From positions 558,001-622,000 of the forward strand of contig JBLDXI010000033.1 of assembly GCA_047495785.1 (NCBI GenBank): 64,000 nt of DNA. The letters run 5' to 3'. Below the pieces are notes generated by a model that did no database searches, was not told the DNA's origin, and worked only from the letters and a program-made list of their open reading frames with translations. This DNA comes from Lepidodermella squamata (lineage: Eukaryota; Animalia; Gastrotricha). Shown one piece after another: positions 10,930 to 21,585 of the stretch (within the stretch, counting starts at the first letter, position 1; each line of letters begins with the position of its first letter). The position numbers and the translations under genes are program-made.

Positions 10930-12667
10930 ATGGGGACTTTAATCCAGTTTCTAATATTGACAATTGTCTATATCAGTTCAATTCAAGCAAAGCCAAATGA
11001 ACTGGTCCTTTTAAATTTGATGCCGCAGCCAAATATTAACGCTCTAACTGCTTGCAGTGCGGCTGCTCAGCTTGTTGCAGACATGGCAAATACTCAGGAT
11101 AACTTACTACAAGATTACCGCATTCGAATGGTAGTGAAAGACGAAGGATCTGTTGCATCACGAGCACCGCTCAATTTCATCAACTTCCTTCGGGAATTCG
11201 AAGAAAATCGTGCGAATAACTCCTTCATCTCTCCTATTATTATCGGGACGTCAGTGGCATGCCAAAGTAAGACTTTAAGAGGATGTTTAACCTGTTTAAT
11301 CTTCAAAGTTATCAGGCGTTGCACTTACCGTGAAAGCGAATAATTTTATTGAATTCGCTGAGGGCTGTGCCGGCCCAGTGTTGATTGCCAAGCGTTCTTT
11401 GTACAGCCACCTTTACCGTGCTCAAGGTCCATACGAAAACATGGCGGCTTTAATTCCAGAGTTTGGAAGACGAGTTGGAAGCTGGAAACAAATGGCTATT
11501 TTCACGTTCTCTGGCAACTCTAATGACGATATTTTCGGGAAAATGCTTCAGGGCGCTTTTGCTCAGCAAAATATTGAGGTCCTGTTTTACGGAAGTGAAT
11601 CTGATGTTACGCCAGCTGTTATTGACGCAATCAAAGCCAGCGGATCTCGAATTATAGTCTCAGCGCATGGTCAAGCATGGCTCTACGTAAAGTTCCTCTG
11701 TCTGGCGTATAGCGCAGGAATGACAGCTCCATTCTACGTCTATATCGCCAACTTTTTCACTTACATTACCGCTGACGACCCAGCTCTGCCCTTAATTCCA
11801 GGCTGTACTCGTGAGATGGTCGCTGAGATGATGAAAGTGACCTTCTTCTTCGGTTTGGTTCAGAGCGCGTGGGAGAAATTCGGACCGACCCCATTTGGTT
11901 ACGATACTGATTGGTTTGAAGCTAACATGACTAAAAGATTGAATGGGACAAAAGTTTATGACATGGTACAGAGGCACATCTGCCATGATGCAACAATGGG
12001 AGCAATACTTGCTCTCAACAGGAGTGAAGCTATCCTTCAAACTCAGTACAATTCAAGTCTGAAAGATTTTATGGCGAAACCTGACTTGGTGAAACAAGTT
12101 GTTAACGCTAGTGCAGCTGAAACGGACTTTATCGGTCTTCGCGTTGGACGAATAAGATTCTCGGAAAGGCTCCTGATTGATAACGAAGATGTCTTAGTTG
12201 TTCAGCCAATAACAGGTGCTGTAAGAATGGTTTATAAAATAAGCCGTTTGGACAATAATTACCGGACTTTGACAGACCTGAGCACTTACAAGTTCAACCA
12301 GATGCAACGCCCAATTTGGTTTACTAAATCTGGCCAGCCACCCAAGGACATATCCAAAGTCTCTCGGTTAATTAATCGTTTCCCTCTTCCAGCATTTGTT
12401 GTTCTCGTTTCAACAGGAGCACTAATTCTTATCTTCCAAATCGTCAACTTCGGACGTCTCGCTTTCGATAAAAGAAATCATGACAGTTACATCTTTTTCT
12501 TTCATATCCCTTCAAATTTGTTGTTCGCTGTCGGTGTTATTTTTCTCGATGTGGGAGTTATACTGATCGGATTAAAAATTATTATCGGACTTAAATTCTA
12601 CTATCAACATACCTATTTCTGTAAAATCGTAGCGCGTAAATTGGAGAAAATAAGAGCTTCCTCTTAA
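10930..12667 (+). pseudogene. 5' part of a second GABA-B-like GPCR, truncated after TM2 by an inversion; join(10930..11266,11316..12667)
   Basis: Paralog of 4704..7158 with the same phase-1 intron (49 nt). Homology stops at 12567 (DVGVILI) and the frame runs ~30 codons into unrelated sequence. Confidence 0.85.
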
Positions 12668-13108
12668 GTGCCACAAAACTCATCTACGTGCCGAACATTT
12701 GATCATCAGTGGTTTTCCGGCTGTCCATTTTTCACGCTGATAAAAAAACACGGAACTTGAAACAAAGGAAAATTTGCTAAAATAGCAGACAACATCTATG
12801 AAAGAAATGCGGCGCCGGTCCCTAACCCAACCAATATTCTAACATTTTTTTTATTACAAACCTACATATGCACCGATCCCACGTTAACACGAATAAAATT
12901 GAGACATCCATTAGGAGGAAAGTAAGGAGAAGAAAGGTATATCATGTCGGGTGCTATGACAATGCTGTGAAATATGAACCGTTAATTGTTAATACATCAT
13001 TCGAGGTTGTAGAAACGTCGGGCCATAATGCGTTAACAATTTGGAGTGACATCGTTTCATAACTGAAAATGTCTCAAATTTTTAAAACAAAAAAAGGCAG
13101 CAGAGTTT

Positions 13109-14004
13109 TTATCGAGATAACCGGCTGATTCTAGCTGAGCTTGATCTGACAGCAACTTTCAAATTTTGTTGTCTAATGATGGGCCAGCGATTCGTAATTA
13201 CAGGAAAAAATACGATGAAAAAGGTTGAATAGGAGTAAATCAACACGCCAGTTACAACTGCAATCAGCTGGTTGTATTCAGAACCTGATAGTAGGTAGAC
13301 TACAAGCGGTAGGGCAAAGTATATCGCTGATGCATTGACGATAGCGATTCGCAAAAGGTTGCATTCGTATTCATAAAAGTGAACAATTTCCAACTTAGTG
13401 CGACTGTCGTAGGCGAAGAAGCAACTAGCGAGCAACAAAAATGCATTCAGTCCCAAAAAAGCAGCCAGCCAAGGATACTCGTAAGCCGAGGTGCAAGCGT
13501 AATTCTGTATCGCAAAATAAGAGTCGAGGAACTCATCGAAGAAAACCGGAGAAATTATGAGCTTTCCTTCGAATGAATCAAGGGCGAAGATCCAGGCTAG
13601 GACTAGACCAGCTGTAGAAGCTGTGACTATGAGAGAGAACAAAATCTGCATGCGCTTTGACGTCGGTACTTTTCTCAGCATGTGAACACTGAAATCATTA
13701 GCATTGATTGAATCTCTTCGATTCTGAAACATCAAAGTTTTGAGAGATCGCATGACATCGCGAAGACCGAAGATTCTGGCAGTCAAAAATGAGTTACAAA
13801 CTGTCATTCCGATTGTGATAAACAAAGGCCTGATGACGCAAAGCTGGTTTAAAATGAACAGCTCGAGGAGTATCAGTATAACTCCCACATCGAGAAAAAT
13901 AACACCGACAGCGAACAACAAATTTGAAGGGATATGAAAGAAAAAGATGTAACTGTCATGATTTCTTTTATCGAAAGCGAGACGTCCGAAGTTGACGATT
14001 TGGA
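13109..14004 (-). pseudogene. Inverted 3' part (end of TM1 to TM7 and stop) of the second GPCR
   Basis: Minus-strand ORF continues exactly where the plus-strand gene breaks (LFAVGVIFLDVGVILILLEL...RWP). 13872..14004 is the reverse complement of 12435..12567. Confidence 0.9.
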
Positions 14005-14016
14005 TCCGATAATAAA

Positions 14017-16412
14017 ATGTCGCTTATTCATCTGATTGCCATTTTCACTATAAATTGGGTGAAAGGCGAGAATCTCAGAACTAAAACAAACGAGATTGTC
14101 CTACTTAACCTGATGCCACGACCTAATTCCGCTGTCCCAACTGCTTGCAGTGCAGCTGCAAACATCGTAATTGACGCCACTAATGCACGAGCTGATGTGC
14201 TGCCAGATTACCATATTCGAATGGTAGTTAAGGATGAGGGTAGCGCAGCGATGAAAGCGCCGCAAAGTTTCGTTAACTTTTTATGGGAATCGGAAGAAAA
14301 TCAAGCGAGCAACAGCTACTTATCGCCAATCGTCATTGGAACTTCTTTGGGCTGTCAGAGTTAGTTACCAAAATTCTTCATTCCATTTCAAGCTTAATAC
14401 TAAGCATTCTTATCTTAGCTGTAGCTCTTGCGATCAAGATGAACAACTTCATTGAATTTGCAGAAGGATGTGCTGGCGCTAGTTTGATTGCAAGGCGTGC
14501 GTTGTACAATCACTTGTACAGGGCTCAAGGTCCCACCGAGAACGTGGCTACATTGATTCCAGCATTTGCAAACCGGCTTGGGCGTTGGAAGCAATTGGCA
14601 ATATTAACCTATTCGGGAAACATCAACGATGATCTGTTCGGTAAAAGCGTTCAAAATGCGATGAACCGGCAAAACATGGATACGCCATATTTTTTAAGCG
14701 AAAATGATATTACGCTAGAAACTGTGGAGGCTATTAAGAACAGCGGAGCACGAATTATTGCTTCGGTACACGGACAAACGTGGCTGTTCGTCAAACTGCT
14801 TTGTTTAGCCTACGAAGCTGGAATGACTGCACCCTATTTTGTATACTTCGGCAACCTTTTGACATACGTCACAGCTGAAGATGCAGCTCTGCCATTGACA
14901 CCTGGTTGTACTCGAAGCATCATCGCCGAGATGCTTAAAATTACATTCTTCTTCGGTTTGGTTCAGAGTGCTTGGGAGAAGTTCGGACCCACTCCTTTGG
15001 GCTACGACACAGATTGGTTCGAAGCAAATCTCGCCAAGGAGCTGAATGGAACAAAGGTAAATGATGTAGGTCAGAGGCACATTTGCCACGATGCAGCTAT
15101 GGGTACTGTGTTAGCCCTGAACCGCAGTGAATCCATTCTTCGAGATCGCTACAATTTGAGCTTGAAAGACTTTTCGACGCATCCTGAAATAATCCGGCAC
15201 GTTGTGAACGCTAGCGCAGCAGAAACCGATTTTATAGGGCTCCGCATCGGGAGAATTAAATATTCCGAGCGGTTACTAGTCGATACAGAAGATGTTTACC
15301 TAATTCAACAATACCTGGGATCTAATCGTTTGATCTTCAAAAGTGTGCGCCTAGATACTGATTATCGAACGATTTCAAATTTGAGCACTTATAAGATTGT
15401 GACATTACAACCTCCAGTTTGGTACACGAAATCGGGACAGCCTCCAAAAGATCTATCGAATTCGATTCGCTTATCAACTAAATATCCAATTTCGTCCTTC
15501 CTTGTCCTGATATTCCTTACGTTGGTAATCTTCATCGGGCAACTCGTTTCCTTCTTTAGACTCATGCGACAGAGAAACCGTGAGAGGTTCATTTTCTTCT
15601 TGGATATGCCGACAAATGTACTTTTCCTATTCGGATGCATGCTGCTCGACATCGGAGCTGTGATTGCATTGATGGAACTCACGTTTTTTCAGGACATTTT
15701 GTGCCCCATCAGACCGTTGCTGATTTCGATTGGCGTAACAGCTTGTAATGCAGTAATGATTGTTCGAATTTTCGGACTTCGAGACGTTATGCAATCCATC
15801 AAAGAAATGATGTTTCGAGGTGGCCGCAGTTCAATAACAGTTGACAATTTCAACCTTCGTTTGAAGCCAAGGTTTTTGAAATCTCAGCGACTGCAGTTCA
15901 TCTGCGCTTTAGTTATAACCGCCTCTGTAGCCGCTGCAGTTTTTGTTTGGACGCTCGCTGCTTCTCCATTCGAAATCATCTCCATAGTGTCACCTGTCTT
16001 GTTCAGTGAGAAACTTGATTCTTACTATGATACTCAGTACTACTTCTGCACATCTAACGATGAATTTTCATGGCTTGGCGCTGTCATCGCGTTGAATGCT
16101 TTCATTTTACTTGCGAGCTGCTTTTTCGCCTACGAAAGTCGCACCAGACTTGATATCGCGTATTTCTACGCCTTCGAATGTAAACTGCTGCTACTCGCAG
16201 TAATCAACGCCACTACGATGTTCTTCGCTTCGATGTTGATAGTTTACGCCCTCGGTAGGACAGAGTTCAGCCAAATGACAGCAGTCGTGGTTAGCGCACT
16301 GCTGTACTCTGCGTCTACTTTCCTGATCATGTTTTTCCCAGTTTGGTCAAATCGCTGGCCAGTTGCCAAGCAAAATAACTTGAAGATTGTCTGTGAACCT
16401 ACCAAAGCCTAA
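14017..16412 (+). CDS. Third divergent GABA-B-like class C GPCR; join(14017..14359,14419..16412)
   Basis: Signal peptide, VFT + 7TM collinear with the paralogs, same phase-1 intron (59 nt) after GCQ. Confidence 0.88.
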
Positions 16413-16799
16413 CCGTCTTTCGGGTTGAGAAAAGGCTTTGATTCCAGCATTATACAGTATAAAACCTGGATTTTGATATTGATTGCTATCAGCGTTCATT
16501 TGGTCGTAAAAACAAGGTTTATTGAGAATCGGTGAAACTTTATTTATCGAAAATGAAACAATTCAAAAAATAGCACAATCACAAACGATAAAGCCGATAA
16601 GCATGCTTACGAATCGCATTTTCTCGACACAGAAAAATCGGCAATGTTACGACGTTGAATGAGAGAAGATGATCATATTAGAAAGTAAAAAACACAAAAA
16701 GTCAAGAACCGCGAATTGGAGAAAAATTGCATGAATTCCAATATTTTTGAGACGACGCCAAGGCATTTAATCAAAAAAATCAGAAAATAACTCATCAAG

Positions 16800-19303
16800 T
16801 TACAAATGGCTGTTATTGAGCTGTAAAGCGTCGCCAAACGCTCGTGAAGGTTCGTCTAATATTTCAACTAACGCGGTTTCAACGCGTCGGACGAAAACAA
16901 GCCGCATAGTTTTACGAATCTCATCCGGAACTTCAGCCTCAACATCCGCCTGATTGCCAGCCGGCAAAATCACCGTGGCCACACCCTGTCGACGTGCTGC
17001 CGCTAATTTCTCACGAATACCCCCTACAGGTAGTACGTAGCCCCTAAGTGTTATCTCACCCGTGACTGCAACGTTCGATTTTGTTGGAGTCTGAGCGAAA
17101 AGTGATACAATAGCCGCTAAAAGGGCTAACCCGGCTGATGGGCCGTCTTTAGCAACGGCTCCCAGAGGTAAATGAACGTGAATATTAGTGGCTTGAGGGT
17201 CCATAGCTACTGCTTTAGTATTATAGCCAAGACGACTTTTGAACCAAGATAAAGCCAATAGGGCTGATTCTTTAATGACATCACCCAACTGCCCGGTTAG
17301 ATGAAGTTTCCCGTCGCCTGGCATCGCCGAGACCTCAACGTGCATCACCTCGCCGCCCATTGGAGTCCACGCTAGGCCGAGGCAGACACCGGGTAGATTC
17401 AGCCGCGATGCTGTTTCCATGCCATTTTTAAATCGAGGAGGTCCGAGAAGTGAAACCAGTTCGTCTACCTTAATAAGGAACCTGTAAAACAATATTCAAT
17501 ATAGGAATCAGATTTTTCAAAAAATATTTACGTGTGCCTTTCGGTAGATTCGCCGGGTAATTTCGCGCAAATGCGACGGCAAAGTGTCTCCAGAACTCGT
17601 TCCAACTGCCTAACCCCAGCTTCTCGAGTGTATGACGTCAAAATCAGCTTAATCGCTTCTTTTTCAATCTGAATTTCACCTGGCGATAGGCCATGGCGGG
17701 CTAGTTGTTTCGGCAGAAGGTAGCCCTCGAGAATTTTCTCCTTCTCCTCAGGCGTGTAACTCGGCACGTTGATAACTTCCATCCGATCTAACAATGCAGG
17801 GTGCGCATTCGAAACTGTATTAGCCGTTGTAATGAAGATAACTTGAGACAAATCGAACGGCAGGTTAAGGTAATGATCGACAAACGCCGAATTCTGCTCA
17901 GCATCTAGAACTTCGAGTAAAGCAGCGGCAGGGTCGCCGTGAATACCTGGCGTGGTTTTGTCGATTTCGTCCAATAGAATCAACGGGTTTTTCGAGCCAG
18001 CCGCCTTAACAGCGGCAAGAATTCGCCCTGGCATCGCGCCTACGTACGTCCTTCGATGGCCGCGAATATCTGCATGATCGCAGACACCACCGAGAGAAAT
18101 TCGTTGAAATTTACGACCCATTACCTCGGCCAAAGTTCGAGCTATTGAAGTTTTTCCAACCCCAGGCGGGCCGACTAAACACAAAATCGGACCTGTGCTG
18201 AATGGGGTCTCTTTACCGCGGCTTGTCAGAACCTTCCGAACAGCTAGAAACTCAACTAATCGCCGTTTAATTTCATCCAGACCATAGTGACGTTCATCCA
18301 ACAACCGTTTCGCTTCGTCTAGATCCAGCCGATCGTAGGTTGAGACATTCCACGGCAAATCGACGATGAAATCCAGGTAACTCCTCGTTATCGAATAATC
18401 AGGCATATGCGGTACCATTTTTCGCAGGCGGACGAGTTCTTTCGATGCAAATTCTCGAACGCTGTCTGGTAAATTTTCGATTTTCGCCTCAACCGCGTCC
18501 AATTCGTTCTTCTCATCCGAATCGTCATCGTCATTCATTTGCCGCTTTCTGGCCGATGCTTTAATCAATGCATCTAGAGCATCAGGTTTGGCAATAACGA
18601 CGTAATTATTTTTCGATTGATTCGCTTGAATCGGTAATCGCTTGACATTACTCGCAGATTTCGCCAATTGAACTTGTTTTTCAATTAGTGGAATCAAAAA
18701 TTTCAATCGGTCGAGAATTTCGACTTTAGATAGTAATGTTAGTTTGTCCTTTTCGCTCAAGGAAACGTATTGACAAGCAATATCGGCGAGTAAATTAGGC
18801 GGAAGTCCGCTGAGAGTTTGTTTGAATCGAGAAGCTTCCGTAGAATTTGTGCCAAAAGCCGTTGCTAAGTTATAGAGCAGGTCCCGCACAGTTTCAGAAG
18901 CTTGCACGACGTCTTTTGATGAGTAAACTTCAAGCTGAGGTTTCAAATCCGAGCAAAGTGGCTCCAGTTGCTCAATAGCGGCGACATAATACGGGTCTTC
19001 TTGAATTAGCCGATTTATTTTAACACGGCATAATCCGGTGACTAATAGGCTGTAAAAAGGTTTGGGCCAGTTAGTTCCAGTAACTTGAATGACACTTGCA
19101 GCTGTTCCATATTCATTGCGACTGCTTTTCGGAATAACAACGATGACACTTTGGCCTAACATCAAGTTAGCCACCAGGAATTTCGATTTCACCAAGTTGA
19201 TGAATTTTTCATTTGTGTCGGCAATTCTGATGGTAGAGCCGGGAATGAGGACGTCATTCACAAGAACAGCCGGTAATTCATCGGCAATTTTTGTAAGGGC
19301 CAT
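16800..19303 (-). CDS. LONP2: Peroxisomal Lon protease; complement join(16800..17481,17532..19303)
   Basis: Lon N-domain, Walker A GPPGVGKTS, RGHRRTYVGAMPG, Walker B LLDEIDK, catalytic KDGPSAG, C-terminal PTS1-type SHL. 50-nt intron. Confidence 0.95.
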
Positions 19304-19368
19304 CTCATAATATTTTAATAACACTAGAAAGAGACGAAAATTGATAGGTATAGAAGGGTGATTTATCG

Positions 19369-20212
19369 TCAGTTCATTTCGTGGTGACTAGCGTTCATCT
19401 CATGTTGGGTATGGAAGTTTGCGGCTGAATGAAATTGACGCCTAGCAATACCAGCAGCCACGATTACATTGAATAGGAAAATGAAGAGCAGCCAGTCGCG
19501 ACGAACATGAAGCACCGATCGGACCAAATCAGTGCCATGAGGTAGACGTGTCAGCGGTGTGGTCGAGTACGTCAAATGCCTTCGAGCAGTGGCGATAGCG
19601 GCAAGGGGTGAACATATAATCGGATAAATAAAACCAGCGGCCAGCTGCAGCATAACAGATCGCGTTTGAATGCACGATAAGCAAGTAAAATTGCCAAGGG
19701 TAATCGGCTCATCAAAATATTTTGTGCGCACCGCAGTCAAGGCCCCAAGTGGAATGAAAGAAACACCTAAACGTTACCATAAATGACGCAAAAACACAAT
19801 AACCCACCAATCTTTAACCTGCATAATACATGAAGTTTGCTCGAGGTTTGATGAGCATAACTTTGCGGAAAGAGAATAAAACCGCACATCCTGAAACTGC
19901 AGCTGCCACAGCTAACAACTTTGTTCCATGAACGAGCAAAAAATTATCTACGCCAGGTTCTCGTCGAATGTGATTCACAATTCTAAAGAGAAGTAATCTT
20001 TAATCTCGAAAATAAAACAAACGTCATTTTATATACACGGCATAAGCCGATCGGCGATCTAGCGGCTTTGCATTAGGAGGAAGTTCCTCAGAGTCTTGTT
20101 TCTTGGAAGCTCGAAAAATAACAGCATCTTTGGTAAAAGACGGCGTGTCTTCAACGGCACTTGTACCAAACAATGAGTTAGCTTTCCTCCGTAACTTTTC
20201 CAATATATCCAT
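19369..20212 (-). CDS. TMEM126: TMEM126 family mitochondrial membrane protein; exons 20212-20037, 19982-19819, 19766-19369
   Basis: CLSCIQTRS..LQLAAGFIYP...P..A..ARRH.TY motif matches the TMEM126 CxxC..R...YP pattern. Introns of 54 and 52 nt keep the frame. Confidence 0.75.
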
Positions 20213-20636
20213 TTTTGCGAGCGCTAGTGAACAAAAATACAGTTGTTTCAGAAAGCAGTTACGACTAAGCTTTTTTAGGTAGAGCCAAGGTTAACAAGTT
20301 AGGGACAAAACTCTATGGTAGGTATGGGATAAATTTCAAGATTTGATATTGATAGGCGCTATGGAGGCCCTGGAAGAAAGGCACTCGGCTGCTTTGACAA
20401 TAAACCTCAGAACTCCGAAAAACCGATTCGAAGATTGAAAAGGTCTGTAAAATAGCACTAATTTTTATCTCACTTATAATAATTACGTTTTGCTATAAAT
20501 TATCGAAAATATAAATTTCGAGTATAAAAAATATTGCATTGGTTTTATTTGTTGTGCTGTTTTGACAAAATTGGGGGTTAGTAAATCAGCGTTCTCAGGG
20601 GCTGCTGAATGAGAAGAGTTGGCCCCTATCGTTTTG

Positions 20637-21277
20637 GCCGTAAGGTATTCCGGGATAGCCCCAATGTATAGTATACATCGTGTATAGCGCGCACTTGTAT
20701 ACTATACAACCGTATACTATACAGCGTGTATACTATACATGTATACTATACAAGCTGCGGATGCGCGCGCGCACTTGTATACCATACAAGTACGTCAAAT
20801 TACGGCCGTTTTCAAACCTAAAATGCAGATCAAGTTGGTAGAAGCATGACCCCCTGCTTAACATTCGAATTTAGATAAATCGGTAGTTGCTCTAGGCTCT
20901 GTGAACAAGCGTTTAGCATTCAGCTTCGGGAAAATTAGGTATGAATTTTACAGCCAAATTGAATTGTGGCCAGACTGTGGAATGAGGGACATGTCTAGAA
21001 GAGTAATAATTTGATTGGCTCGAAAATAGTTGATTACAGAAGCTTTAAAAAGCTGTTTCTTGTGTTGAGTGCGCGTAGATTGTATAGAAGCGCGCTCAAG
21101 AAGTTGCAACTTGTATAGTATACATGTATGGTATACAAGCACCTAGTGCGCACTCCATGATTGTATAGTATACATGTATAGTATACACGCTGTATAGTAT
21201 ACGGTTGTATAGTATACAAGTGCGCGCTATACACGATGTATACTATACATTGGGGCTATCCCGGAATACCTTACGGC
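20637..21277. mobile_element. Non-autonomous DNA transposon (foldback-type MITE) with 117-bp TIRs and 8-bp TSD
   Basis: 20637..20753 is the reverse complement of 21161..21277. Flanked by direct repeat TCGTTTTG (20629-20636, 21278-21285). TIRs are built of GTATACTATACA units. Confidence 0.93.
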
Positions 21278-21585
21278 TCGTTTTGCGTGGGACCTGTACT
21301 CTGTTGTGCTACTTGCTACTTGCTAGTTGCTGGTTGCAAGTCGCGAGTTGCAGGGGTTTTCTTATCTGTTATCAATATCAATACACAATACATTTGAAAG
21401 AATGAAGATTAATCATTCATAACACTTTGGCGCACTCACTGACTGACTATCAGCGAGATTCATATTTTCCTCATAATAGACTGCCTTCTCCGAACTCTGA
21501 AAGCTCTTTATGATCCATGGCTAATAAGTATTTCGTATCATCTTCCTCCTTGCTTCTATAGATTTGTTATGAGTGGTGTGTTGCA

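Noticed and set aside
20660-20760. Regular GTATACTATACA repeats suggesting a CRISPR-like array
   Set aside because: Eukaryotic context, spacers of only a few bases, and the repeats lie inside transposon TIRs.
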